From NCBI GenBank assembly GCA_963715985.1, contig CAVQSP010000011.1:608001-672000 (forward strand): a stretch of 64,000 nucleotides of DNA. The letters are read 5' to 3'. Origin of the DNA: an uncultured Thermoleophilia bacterium (GTDB lineage Bacteria > Actinomycetota > Thermoleophilia > UBA2241). Shown piece after piece: positions 46,507 to 57,015 of this stretch; positions within the stretch are counted from its first letter, which is position 1, and every line of letters starts with the position of its first letter. The translations under genes and the position numbers were made by a program. A model generated the notes under the pieces. The model was not told the DNA's origin, did not search any database, and saw nothing but the letters and a program-made list of their open reading frames with translations.

Positions 46507-47778
46507 TCATTGCTTGCCCGCTCGGTGGCGCATCAGGATATCGCCGTACATGTCGATCGTCGCTGGGGCGATGGCTCGTGGGTCATGGCGTCTCAGAGCG
46601 CGCCTGCGCGCGTTCCCGCCGAGGCGCGTCGCAAGTGCGGGCTCGGCTGCAAGCACGCCAATCATCTCCGCCAGACCGCGCACGTCGCCCGGGCGGAATA
46701 GGAGTCCTTCCCGACCGTCCTTCAGGAGTGAGGGGACCCCGCCTACGCACGCGGCGACGCACGGCACGCCAAGGATCATAGCCTCCGCGACAGAATTGGG
46801 GCTGTTCTCCACGAAGGAGGGGTGAACGTAGACGCTCGCCGCTTCGAGCTCGGAGACGACTGCCGCTGACGACAGCGGGCCCAGCCAACGGACCACGCCC
46901 CGCAGACCCAATCGATCCACGGCGCGCAGGGCGATCGGCCACATGGCCGTGCCCTCGACTTCCCCGGCGATTCTGAGCTGGATGTCCGGCCTCACCGATT
47001 CCCGCAGCAGGGCGACAGCTTCGAGCAGAAGGACCAGACCCTTGTAAGGAGCAGGGCCTCCCGTGGTGTACACGACAAACCGGCTCCCAGCGAGCGGTCG
47101 CCAGAGGTGGTGGTAGAACTCGGGCCGCAAGACCTCCTCAGCGTGGTAGTAGCGTGCCCCAGGGTTCACTGCGGAAAGAATGGCCCTGTCCCAGTCTGTC
47201 CTCCCCGCGAAGAAACGGCAGCCTTTCAGAATCACCAGCTCCCTGCCTGCCGCCATGCGCATCGCCCCGTGGGTGTGCACTAGTCCGCGTCCTTTCGCGA
47301 ACTCCAAGGATAGGACATCACGCACGAGGTCCGTTGCAGGGATGCCAGCGAAGTAGGCGCGAGAGCAGGCGGCGAGTATGCCCTGCAGGGATATGAGGAC
47401 TGGGGTGGGGACGGCGCCCCACAAGAGACCGAACGGCCCCTCACTGCCGTGGACGTGGATCAGGTCTGGCCGAAAGCGATCGATAACGGACAACGCTTGG
47501 GCGAGCAGCGATTCGTCGTGTGTGAGATGTCTCCACCGCCTCGCGACTCCGGCGACACCACTCGGCATGAGTGGAGTGTGGAGGTGGTAGTAGCGGACAC
47601 CGTCCTCGACGAAGGGCTCGAACGGCACGGTCCCACGTGCCGCCATGCCAAGCTGCACACCGCCTTCGGCGCGCAGGGCGGTTCGAAGACCTTCCATCCA
47701 TGCGCCGCCCGTGACATCCGCGGCAAGTCGCCGCTGGACCGCGGGCAGCTCAATGTTCGTGAACCACAGGACCTTCAA
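46507..47778 (-). CDS. GT4 family glycosyltransferase
   Basis: PDLIHVHGSE, YKG, ENSPNSVAEAM. Confidence 0.87.
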   Translation of the reverse strand: MKVLWFTNIELPAVQRRLAADVTGGAWMEGLRTALRAEGGVQLGMAARGTVPFEPFVEDGVRYYHLHTPLMPSGVAGVARRWRHLTHDESLLAQALSVIDRFRPDLIHVHGSEGPFGLLWGAVPTPVLISLQGILAACSRAYFAGIPATDLVRDVLSLEFAKGRGLVHTHGAMRMAAGRELVILKGCRFFAGRTDWDRAILSAVNPGARYYHAEEVLRPEFYHHLWRPLAGSRFVVYTTGGPAPYKGLVLLLEAVALLRESVRPDIQLRIAGEVEGTAMWPIALRAVDRLGLRGVVRWLGPLSSAAVVSELEAASVYVHPSFVENSPNSVAEAMILGVPCVAACVGGVPSLLKDGREGLLFRPGDVRGLAEMIGVLAAEPALATRLGGNARRRALRRHDPRAIAPATIDMYGDILMRHRAGKQ

Positions 47779-48159
47779 ATCCCCCGCGCTTCCATCTGTC
47801 CCGAGCCGCGTGGGCCAGACCGGCGCGGCTCTGCCCGGCACGGAGTCTAGCGTACCGCACCGTGCGGGGCTGACCGCACAGACGGTGACGTGCATCGGCA
47901 CGCCTGGCGATGCCTTGGCTTCCCAGGAGTACACGCCTCGGCGCAACACGCAGGGACGGTCGACCCACGCGCGGCCCCAGGCGCCAGGATCTTGTCGTCG
48001 AGTCCCACGCAGCTGCGCTCGAGCCTCGTTGAGAGTGCAGCCGACCGACCGACCGTGATACTTTGACGCCAGGCGCCAAGCCGTGGGGAGGCTCGAAGCG
48101 AGCGATTAACCGCGATCGATGATCGAGTTCCCCCGGCCACTCACTCTGGTGGGCTTTCG

Positions 48160-49275
48160 GTGAGGGTCCTCTTCCTGACAAACGATCTTCCCAGCGGTGG
48201 TCTCGAGCGGCAACTCACCCTCCTCGCCACCGGCCTGCCCGCTGACTGGGAGGCACGCGTGTGGGCAATGGACGGAGGGCCGTTCGAGAGCTGTCTCCGC
48301 GAACAGAGCATCCCCGTCGTGGTACGCCCGCGCCGCGCCCGCTTCGACCCGTTTCCCGCGGTCCTGCTGTGGAGAGAGCTGCGGTCCTGGCGGCCCGATA
48401 TCGTGCATGCGTGGGGTTGGATGCCGGCTCTGGCAGCGGGACCCCTCTGCCGCTTGCTTGGGATCCCATGCGTGAACGGCATGATCAGGAGCGGCGCGCT
48501 CGAGCCTGACTTCACTCGGCTGAAGCGTCTGGGCATGGCCTCTGCAACGCTCGTCGTTGCGAACTCCAGAGCAGGCCTGCGGGCATGGGATATCGGGCCG
48601 ACCAAAGGGCGGCTGGTCTACAACGGCTTCGATCAGTCGCGCCTCCAGTCACTCGATGCGAGTGACGTCGACCCGCCGGCCGATCCAGAGGAGTTCACGG
48701 TGATCATGACCGGACGCATGACGCCCGTGAAGGAGTTCGACGTTGTCATCGAGGCCGCCAGACTCCTCGGCCGTACCGAACACGGTTGGCGGTTCCTGCT
48801 CGTCGGCGACGGACCCGATCGTGAGCGTCTCATGAAGCAGTCGGCTGACCTGGTCGAGAACGGTGTCATCGCCTTCCCCGAGCCGGCAATGGAGGTCCTC
48901 GGACTTGTAGGTCGGGCGGATGTGGGCGTCCTGATGACCAACCCGCAGTTGGCGAACGAGGGGCTCAGCAACTCGATCATGGAATACATGGCGCTGGGCC
49001 TCCCCGTCGTGTGCGGAGACGGGGGCGGCAATCCGGAATTGGTGCAGGACGGCACGACCGGTTTCATCGTGCCGCCCAGTGATGCCGGGGAGCTGGCCCG
49101 TCGCCTGAGGACCCTGCGCAACGATGCGGGACTCCGCGCCGCCCTGGGCGCGGCCGGCAAGGCCAGGATCATGCACGAGTTCTCGCTCGAGAGAATGGTG
49201 CGGAACATGATCCGCGTCTATGCGGAAGCACTCGACAGGGTGCACGGACCACATCGCGGACCGCATCTGGCGTGA
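48160..49275 (+). CDS. GT4 family glycosyltransferase
   Basis: GGLERQ, GRMTPVK, EGLSNSIMEYM. Confidence 0.88.
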   Translation: MRVLFLTNDLPSGGLERQLTLLATGLPADWEARVWAMDGGPFESCLREQSIPVVVRPRRARFDPFPAVLLWRELRSWRPDIVHAWGWMPALAAGPLCRLLGIPCVNGMIRSGALEPDFTRLKRLGMASATLVVANSRAGLRAWDIGPTKGRLVYNGFDQSRLQSLDASDVDPPADPEEFTVIMTGRMTPVKEFDVVIEAARLLGRTEHGWRFLLVGDGPDRERLMKQSADLVENGVIAFPEPAMEVLGLVGRADVGVLMTNPQLANEGLSNSIMEYMALGLPVVCGDGGGNPELVQDGTTGFIVPPSDAGELARRLRTLRNDAGLRAALGAAGKARIMHEFSLERMVRNMIRVYAEALDRVHGPHRGPHLA

Positions 49276-49356
49276 CTCCGCAGGCGGACCTCTGACGACC
49301 GCTCGGTATGGCCTCGACCTGCGGTACACTTCCGGCAACCGACGATTGGGGTGGCA

Positions 49357-50316
49357 ATGGCCCGCGACCGCGTTCTCGTCACCGGGGGGGCAGGATTCAT
49401 CGGCTCCAACCTGGTGGATGCCCTGCTCGCCGACGGCTCCTACACAGTCAGAGTCCTCGACAGCTTCGCCACAGGGCGGCGTGAGAACCTCGACCACTGC
49501 CTCCCCCAGATCGAGCTCGTCGAAGGCGATATCCGCGACGTGGAGACCGTCGAGGAAGCCGTGGACGATGTCCAGCTCATCCTTCACGAGGCTGCGCTGC
49601 CGTCGGTGAGCCGTTCCGTCAAAGCGCCTGTGACGACGAACGCCGTCAACGTCGAAGGCACCGTCAAACTCCTCAGCGCTGCGCGGCGTGCCGGCGTCAG
49701 GCGGCTCGTGCTTGCCTCTTCCTCCTCCGTGTACGGCGATGGCCACGAGCTTCCGAAGACGGAGGGCATGCAGCCCCGCCCCATGTCGCCTTACGCAGTC
49801 ACGAAGCTGGCGGCCGAGAACTTCTGTCGGGTCTTCTCCGAGATCTACGGGTTCGAGACCGTCGCTCTCCGCTACTTCAACGTCTTTGGCCCCCGGCAGG
49901 ACCCTACGTCCCAGTACTCCGGGGTGATCGCCAAGTTCATGACATGTGCGCTGCGCGGCGCACCGTACACGGTCTTCGGAGACGGCACCCAGTCTCGCGA
50001 CTTCACCTTCATCGACAACGTGGTGCGGGCGAACCTGCTCGCGCTGCGGGCGCCGCGCCTTGCAGGTGAAGCCATCAACGTAGCGTGTGGGGACCGCGTG
50101 ACGCTGCTCGACATGGTCGCCCTGCTGAACACGCTCGTCGGCGCCGACATCCAAGTGACGTTCGTGCCTCCCCGACCGGGGGAGGTCCAGCATTCGCAGG
50201 CGGGCATCGAGCGGGCCACAAGCGTGCTCGGCTACGAGCCCATCGTGGGTTTCGCCGAAGGCTTGGAGCGGACCCTGGCCTGGTACCGCACTCGGGCGAC
50301 GGAGACGGCCGACTAG
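49357..50316 (+). CDS. NAD-dependent nucleotide-sugar epimerase (WbpP-like SDR)
   Basis: TGGAGFIG, SSSVYG, YAVTK, RYFNVFGPRQ. Confidence 0.9.
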   Translation: MARDRVLVTGGAGFIGSNLVDALLADGSYTVRVLDSFATGRRENLDHCLPQIELVEGDIRDVETVEEAVDDVQLILHEAALPSVSRSVKAPVTTNAVNVEGTVKLLSAARRAGVRRLVLASSSSVYGDGHELPKTEGMQPRPMSPYAVTKLAAENFCRVFSEIYGFETVALRYFNVFGPRQDPTSQYSGVIAKFMTCALRGAPYTVFGDGTQSRDFTFIDNVVRANLLALRAPRLAGEAINVACGDRVTLLDMVALLNTLVGADIQVTFVPPRPGEVQHSQAGIERATSVLGYEPIVGFAEGLERTLAWYRTRATETAD

Positions 50317-50326
50317 GGCGACGCCC

Positions 50327-51976
50327 CTAGAAGCGCGTCCTCCAGCGGCACAGGTCCACGACCGTGAGACCTTGCGCCTGAGCCACCGTGTGGAGCCCGA
50401 TGAACCCTCCGGCCTTGTTGGGCTCGAGACTGCCTGCCGGTCGTTCGCGGAACTCGTCGCGCGTCAACGCTACGATCTCGCTGAGCTGGACGCGACCTCC
50501 GTAGGACACGCGTGAGTCCTGGGACGGCCGGATCAGACGATGGTCCCGCCTGATGATGCTTCCGGCAGCCCGAGCGCCAGCCGAGCCCGACGCGATCGGA
50601 TTCTTGGGATGAGGCTCCCATGCGCCGCTCAAGGGGCTGTCCGCCGAGAACAGGTAGAGGTGAGTAAGCGGCGAACTGCCGCCGAGTCTGCGAATGGTCG
50701 TGAACAGCCACCATCGGCCCTCATGCTCGACCACAGTCGTATCCACTGCGCTTACGTCGTGCATCAGCGTCGTGGCAAGCGTCCAGCGGAGCGGGAGCTC
50801 CTTGGCATGGTAGACGTCGATGCGGCGCGCCTCCGATGACTCCGGGATCATGTACCATTCGCCCTCGAACGCGAACACGAATGGATACGAGAGGTGGCAG
50901 TCGCTCGCGAGCGCGACCCGGCTCTTGTCGAGGGGTCCGCTCGCCCCGAGTCGCATCGTGGCGATGTGGCCCCTGCCGCTTCGATAGGAGAACTCCTCGA
51001 AGAAGACGTGGTACTCGCCGCCTGCGAACACCACATGTGGATCCGCCCAGTAGCGGTCCACAGGGGGGACGATGAGGCGCGTGTCGTCGGTGGATGCCAG
51101 TGAGTGGGCATCTCCGAAGTGGTAGGCGAGAAGCCATTGCCGCTTGAACGCGACCCGTCTCACTGCGGCCGCGGCAACACGACGCGCGTAGGAGGCCGCC
51201 CTGGGCCGGCACTCAGATGGCGCTCTGATGCCACTTCGCGCGTCCTCGTCGGGGGGTGATTCCCTCGCCGACGAGTCCGCCGGTGGTGCTGCGGGCGCTG
51301 CTCGGCTGTCGCCGCGCGCGTGCTCGAGTGCGGCGAGCACAAGTGAAGCGGCGCCCCAGGCAGCCTCGGCACGATTCTGCTCGGCGTAGACCGATTCGAG
51401 CGGAACGTCCGCCACCATCACCAGCCGCTCGCCCACGGAAGCCCCCATCACCGACCTGACCGTGACGGCCACGTGTTCGAGCTCGTGCCATCTCTCCGCT
51501 TCGCCATCGCTCGCAGAGCCGACTCGCCCATTCGGGCTGTCCAGCTGGGGCGAGTACCAGATGCCAAGAGGGAAGTGCAACCTCCGCGCGGCGTAGGCCC
51601 CTCTCGCCAGCCAAGTGCCGGCAGCCACCGCGACGTCTGCAGGAGCCTCTGAGGAAATCGGGTTGCCCGCACGCAGCGTGTGCACTCGAAGAGCCGGAGC
51701 GACCTGTCTGAGGTCGATGAGTGAGAAGGGCTCCTGCGCAGGCGCTCCCCCTCCGAGCCTCAGAGAATGTCGCACGCGGGCGAGCCGCTCCGCCGACCGC
51801 GCGCACGGACCAGCGTTCGCGGGCCGAGTGCCCATGTCCTCGGGAACGACGAGCGCCCAAACGTCGAAGTCGTCGGCGGCCAGCAAAACGCCCGCGAGCT
51901 CAGCCACCCATGCGGGAGCCAGGGGCGAGCGCACCAGCAAGACGACGCGCAGGTTCTGTTGCACCCCATTCGCCAT
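50327..51976 (-). CDS. Protein with C-terminal beta-propeller of glucosamine inositolphosphorylceramide transferase type
   Basis: WADPHVV, FFEEF, HLSYPFVF, MIPES, WEPHPKNPI, RPSQD. Confidence 0.65.
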   Translation of the reverse strand: MANGVQQNLRVVLLVRSPLAPAWVAELAGVLLAADDFDVWALVVPEDMGTRPANAGPCARSAERLARVRHSLRLGGGAPAQEPFSLIDLRQVAPALRVHTLRAGNPISSEAPADVAVAAGTWLARGAYAARRLHFPLGIWYSPQLDSPNGRVGSASDGEAERWHELEHVAVTVRSVMGASVGERLVMVADVPLESVYAEQNRAEAAWGAASLVLAALEHARGDSRAAPAAPPADSSARESPPDEDARSGIRAPSECRPRAASYARRVAAAAVRRVAFKRQWLLAYHFGDAHSLASTDDTRLIVPPVDRYWADPHVVFAGGEYHVFFEEFSYRSGRGHIATMRLGASGPLDKSRVALASDCHLSYPFVFAFEGEWYMIPESSEARRIDVYHAKELPLRWTLATTLMHDVSAVDTTVVEHEGRWWLFTTIRRLGGSSPLTHLYLFSADSPLSGAWEPHPKNPIASGSAGARAAGSIIRRDHRLIRPSQDSRVSYGGRVQLSEIVALTRDEFRERPAGSLEPNKAGGFIGLHTVAQAQGLTVVDLCRWRTRF

Positions 51977-52200
51977 CAAGTCACCTCCGGGTCCGAGCCA
52001 AAAGGCTTGCCTGCTGCTGGAGTCTAGTCGATTCGCATTCCGCCGCAGGCCCGTACTAAGTGCTGTGCATGGTCCGGTTGCGGCTCCGGGCACCGCCAGG
52101 GCTGCACGACGCGTCCGCTGGACTCCTCCCGGGTGGATGCAGGTGTCGGGAGGTATACTCGCCAAACGCCGGCTGGGCTGGATCAGTGGTCGGTGAGCAC

Positions 52201-53511
52201 GTGACGGATTCGAAGGAGATCCGCTGTGATCATCCTCTTGCTCAGGGCGGCGTCGGCCGGGCCTCACCGGCCGACGTGACGACCGTGAATGCAGACGAAA
52301 CGGCCCGCCGTCAGCTCCCTCCCGTCATTCTGATAGGTGGGGCGGCCGGCAACGCGTTGTCCATCGCGAGGAGCCTGGGGCGCCGTGGCGTTCCCGTCTA
52401 CCTTCTCAGCGCTCCCGACTCGCCCGTCACCTACTCCCGATACGCTCGTCGCATCGCTCACGCACACGACGAGAACCGGCAGGACGCTTGGGCGGCGTAC
52501 CTACTTGGTCCTGAGTCAGAACCCCTGCGCGGCGCCGTCGTGCTTGCCTGCTCTGACGCGGGCATCGAGATTCTCACGGAACACCGGGAACAGCTAGCCA
52601 AGAAGTTCGCCGTCGACATCTCGGACCCGGAAGCGCAGCTCTGCTTCCTCAACAAACTATGCACCTACGAGAAGGCGAGGGAGGCGGGCATTCCCGCGCC
52701 GCTCTTTTGGAGGGCTGAGAGCGAAGAGCAGGTCCGTGCGCAGAGGGCCGAGTACGTCTACCCTCTACTGCTCAAGCCCCTCTACTCCCACAAGTTCGCC
52801 GCGGTCACCCCCGACAAGTTCATCAGGGTCGCGGCCTACGATGAGCTGATTGCGACGTACCGAAAGGTGAACAGCCTGGGTGTCGAGATCGTGCTGCTCG
52901 AGGACATCCCGGGGCCGGATGACAGGCTCTGCAGCTACTACACGTATATCGATGAGGGTGGACTGCCCTTGTTCGACCTGACCAAACGGGTCATCCGTCG
53001 TTATCCTGCCAACCAGGGACTTGCCTGCTACCACGTCACCGACCGCAACCCAGAGGTGCGTGAACTCGGACTCAAGCTGCTGCTGCACGTGGGCCTTCGC
53101 GGCCTCGCCAACGTCGAGTTCAAACGCGACGTGAGGGACGGCGAGCTGAAGGTCATCGAGTGCAATGCCCGCTTCACCGCCGCCAACGCCCTGGTCGCGG
53201 CGAGCGGCTACGACCTGGGGTGCTTCGTGTACAACCGACTGGCGGGAGTGCCTCAACCTCCATTTCAAGGGCGGCCGTACGTGGAGGGGCTGCACATGTG
53301 GTATCCGATCGAGGACTTCCGCGCATTCCTGCAGCTCCATTCGCGAGGCGAGCTGACCCTCGGCAACTGGGCCCTAGGCGTGACCCACCGACAGGTGTTC
53401 CCCTACTTTCGCTGGGACGACCCGGTTCCGTCGCTGAGGCAACTCGCGCACTACGGCCAACGGGCGTATCAGCTGGGGGCCGGTCGTCTCCTTCGAGACC
53501 GCTGTCACTGA
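52201..53511 (+). CDS. ATP-grasp carboxylate-amine ligase (D-aspartate ligase-like)
   Basis: IARSLGRRG, YPLLLKP, EDIPGPD, NVEFKRD, IECNAR; start uncertain. Confidence 0.8.
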   Translation: MTDSKEIRCDHPLAQGGVGRASPADVTTVNADETARRQLPPVILIGGAAGNALSIARSLGRRGVPVYLLSAPDSPVTYSRYARRIAHAHDENRQDAWAAYLLGPESEPLRGAVVLACSDAGIEILTEHREQLAKKFAVDISDPEAQLCFLNKLCTYEKAREAGIPAPLFWRAESEEQVRAQRAEYVYPLLLKPLYSHKFAAVTPDKFIRVAAYDELIATYRKVNSLGVEIVLLEDIPGPDDRLCSYYTYIDEGGLPLFDLTKRVIRRYPANQGLACYHVTDRNPEVRELGLKLLLHVGLRGLANVEFKRDVRDGELKVIECNARFTAANALVAASGYDLGCFVYNRLAGVPQPPFQGRPYVEGLHMWYPIEDFRAFLQLHSRGELTLGNWALGVTHRQVFPYFRWDDPVPSLRQLAHYGQRAYQLGAGRLLRDRCH

Positions 53512-53521
53512 AGAGCCGGCG

Positions 53522-54599
53522 TCACAACGCCGGCGCGACTTCGCCGTCCAGCTGCGCCTGCGGGTCAATGACCCGGCCGAGTTCCGTGAGCTCCTCGTAC
53601 AGCGGTACCGGCAGAGGAATGCCCGCGGTGCGGCGGTGCACTTCAGTCCGATACGCGATCTCCCCAGGGATCATCATCTCGGCCGAGTCGTCGAGCATCG
53701 GCGAGGCTTTTACGGCCGCGACGAACTCGCCCATACGCTCACGCACCTCATCCGGCGAGGCGATGGACGACATGTCCATCGCGATCATCATGTGCCCCGT
53801 CTGTCCCGTCGTTGCCTCGTCGAACATGCTCGTCAGCGCCGTTCCGAACGGCCCTCCTACGAGCACACCGCAGAGAATATCGACGACGTAGGCAAGGCCA
53901 AGACCCTTGATGCCGCCGGCCGCAGCGTAGAAGCCGGCAAAGGCTTCATCAGGATCGTCGGTCGGATGACCATTTCGATCTGTCGCCCAACCGAGGGGAA
54001 TCCGCTCGCCCCTCTTGCTGGCCAGCAGGAGCTTGCCGCCGGCTACTGCCGAAAGAGACATGTCGAGCACGAAGGGAAAGGCTCCGGTACGTGGGGACGG
54101 CAATGCTGACGGGGTTGCTGCCGGTGATCGGCCTGCTGCCTCCCGGCGCAACAACCTTGGCGACGGAGTTGCTCATGGCGATGCCGACGAGGCCACGTTC
54201 TGCGGCAAGCCTCGTGTAGAGGCCCGCGGCACCGAAGTGGTTGCTGTTCACGGCTGCGACACAGCCAAGCCCACACTCAGCGGCAAGCGAGACCGCGCGA
54301 AGCATCGCATCCCTCGCGACGAGGAACCCCATGCCGGCATCACCGTCGAGAAGCTCGATGGCGCCGGCGCCGCGGGCTCTTCCTATCGACGGCCTGGGGT
54401 TCACACCGCCGCTTCTGAGGCGGCTCAGGTATGCTGGGAGCCGCAGGACGCCGTGGGAGTCGATGCCCCACAGGTTCGCCTGCACCAGGCATCGTGCACA
54501 GAATCGAGCGTCGTCCGGGGGCATGGCCGCGCTCTCGAAGACCCGGGCGACGAATGACTTCAGCGCCTGCGCCTGGACCAGGACGTTACGCTCGGTCAT
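53522..54599 (-). CDS. Ldh_2 family 2-hydroxyacid oxidoreductase (one frameshift)
   Basis: GIDSHG, SNHFG, GSNP, LDMS, KGLGL, MIPGE. Confidence 0.85.
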
Positions 54600-55675
54600 C
54601 AGTCCCGCTGGCTTGTCGAGAGCCGCGTCAGGATCATCAACGCGACGTCCGTGGGGCCGGGCCTCTTCATGTAGTGATAGTACAGCGCGGGCGTCGTGTT
54701 GACTTCGAGGACGACGCCGCCGGACTCCTTGAGAGGCACACGGGGGTCGGTGCAGATGATGTCGACCCCAGCGAGGCGGACTCCCACGGCACCCGCGGCA
54801 CGTGCACCGGTGTCGACTATCGCGTCACACAGCCGATCTGCGGCCGATTCGTTGTCCTCCGCTCGATTGTCGCTGACGACGCGTTTGAGTCTCACTCTCT
54901 CACCGATTCTCGGGACGCTACGAGCGGACATGCCGCTCTCAGCCAGAGTACGGCGAAGCTCCCCATCTGACCGCATGAGCCTCTGGCTGCCCGCAATGCC
55001 GCGCTCGGTGCGCAGTCGGTTCTCCCGGGCGATGAGTTCCTTGAGCGTCGCCTTCCCGTCGCCACACACCGCCGGAGACGATCTCTGCACGGCGTCAAGC
55101 AGTTCGCCATCGAGGTAGAGCAGTCGGTACTCCTCACCGTCGACCTGCTCTTCGACCACGACGTCCGAGCAGTGAGCGCCGGCCGAAGCCATTGCCGACG
55201 CCAGATGCAGCCGACTCACGGCTCCGGTAGTGACGCCCGACCCCCCGGCCGTGCCGCGCGCCGGCTTCACCACGCAGGGCTTGCCAAGTACCTTGGCGAA
55301 CCGCCAGGCCGTCGTCAGGTCGGTGGCCCTGCAGAGCATGTGTCTTGGAGTCGGGATGCCCTCACATCCAAGCAGGCGATACACCAGGTGTTTGTCCCCC
55401 GCCACGTTGAGAGTGACCGGGTCATCCAGGGAGGTCACGTGGCGTCGAACGCGCATGCCTGCTCCGGCAATGTGAATCTCCAGCGAACATCCGCCGAGAT
55501 CGAGGATCTCGGCGCCGCACGCCTGCGCCGCGTTCTTCCAGACGGTGCAGTAGAAAGCGGCTCGCTGCCTGTCGAGTGCTTGCGCTGAGGGCGCGCGGCG
55601 ACGGACAACGTCGCCGACCCTGTGCATGGCAGACAGCGCGGCGAGAGCGGCGGCGGTGGCTTGCAGGGCCATCAT
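54599..55675 (-). CDS. ATP-grasp ligase resembling the cyanophycin synthetase N-terminal domain
   Basis: VVKPARGTAGGSGVT, VEEQVDGEEYR, GDGKATL, AGVDII, LEVNTTP. Confidence 0.8.
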   Translation of the reverse strand: MMALQATAAALAALSAMHRVGDVVRRRAPSAQALDRQRAAFYCTVWKNAAQACGAEILDLGGCSLEIHIAGAGMRVRRHVTSLDDPVTLNVAGDKHLVYRLLGCEGIPTPRHMLCRATDLTTAWRFAKVLGKPCVVKPARGTAGGSGVTTGAVSRLHLASAMASAGAHCSDVVVEEQVDGEEYRLLYLDGELLDAVQRSSPAVCGDGKATLKELIARENRLRTERGIAGSQRLMRSDGELRRTLAESGMSARSVPRIGERVRLKRVVSDNRAEDNESAADRLCDAIVDTGARAAGAVGVRLAGVDIICTDPRVPLKESGGVVLEVNTTPALYYHYMKRPGPTDVALMILTRLSTSQRD

Positions 55676-55682
55676 CGCATCC

Positions 55683-56414
55683 CTATGGGTCGATGATGCA
55701 GCCGGTCTCGTCGAGCAAGTCCTTGACCCACTGGTTGGAGAAGATGCCCTGCTTCACCCCGGCAATGTAGTCGGCATTCGCCTTCATGTGGTGGAGCAGC
55801 CGCCCGAGGATCTCCTCGGCGCCGTCTTTCGGCACCACGACGACACCGAAGCAGTCGCCCACCATGATGTCGCCGGGGTGCACGACGACACCGCCGCAGC
55901 ACACGGGATAGTTGATCTCACCCGGGCCGCGGTGGAGAGGCCCGATCGGTGTTGTTCCACGGGCGAACACGGGGAGATCGACCGGCAAGATCTCCGGCAG
56001 ATCGCGGATGTAGCCATCCACGATGAACCCCACTATGCCGCGATGCCGCGCCTTGGTGGAGATGAGCTCGCCGAGGGCAGCGTTGAGCCCGGACCCGCCG
56101 GCGTCGACCACGACGACGTCGCCAGGGCGTGCGATGTCGAGCGACGCATGGACCATCAGATTGTCCCCAGGGAAGACCTTGACAGTGCAGGCCGGCGCGA
56201 CGATCTGATGGTGCGAACCCGTCAGACACCGTATCTCTGCGGCCACCGCGTACAGACGGTTGGTCTGGTCCGAGATCTCGGGAGACTGGAACTGCGCGAA
56301 CTGCTGCGTCAGCTCCGGCGCTGGTCGTTCGAAGGACGTCTTGATTCTGAAGCCGGGGCCGGGGTTGATTTCAGCCGACTTGGGCTTGTTGGGGGGTGCA
56401 GTAGACGATTCCAT
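55683..56414 (-). CDS. RraA / HMG aldolase family protein
   Basis: TVKVFPGDNLMVH, GDVVVVDAGG, DGYIRD, PGDIMVGD..GVV. Confidence 0.87.
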   Translation of the reverse strand: MESSTAPPNKPKSAEINPGPGFRIKTSFERPAPELTQQFAQFQSPEISDQTNRLYAVAAEIRCLTGSHHQIVAPACTVKVFPGDNLMVHASLDIARPGDVVVVDAGGSGLNAALGELISTKARHRGIVGFIVDGYIRDLPEILPVDLPVFARGTTPIGPLHRGPGEINYPVCCGGVVVHPGDIMVGDCFGVVVVPKDGAEEILGRLLHHMKANADYIAGVKQGIFSNQWVKDLLDETGCIIDP

Positions 56415-57015
56415 CGGACGCTCCTCCGGATGCTGGCAGGACTCGCGCAGGATGATCGGGCACCCGGCGTTGTGAGCCTGCGTTGTACGGCCACTCCACG
56501 TCCCACCGCGTCAGTATACTTCGCGGTGTGCCGCGAGGGTGCAAGGCACGCGCCTGCAGGTCCAGTGCGATGCGTGAGGTGAGTCCATATGCGTCGGTGC
56601 GATCTGCGACCCGCCCGGGCCGGGGGGCGGCACCTGGACCATGGCCGCGCGGTACAGGCCAGCACTGATACGGCAGCTGCCGCCGGGGTACGCACTGGTA
56701 CACCCGGTGGTGGCTTCCCAGCGGCAAGGAATCGCCCGTACGTCGAGCTCGCCGAGGCGTGCGAGCCGTGTGTTTCGCCGAGGCGGGCCCTGCATCCACT
56801 AGAATAGGAAGGCGCCTGACCATCCGAACACCGGGTCGAGACTTGAGAGGAATCCCAATCGCGTCACGTGACCATCACTCACTCGTCGGGGCACGAGGAT
56901 GCGGCCCGAGGAAGCGCCCGCCGATGTGTTTGCCCGCGTGGGCTGAGTCTCGGGCCGTTGGGCACGGCACGGGGCGCGGTGACCCCCGGCATCTCAAGCT
57001 CCCTACAGCGAGTCA

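Noticed and set aside
54599-55675. Cyanophycin synthetase cphA
   Set aside because: Only 358 aa, no Mur-ligase domain, no cyanophycinase nearby
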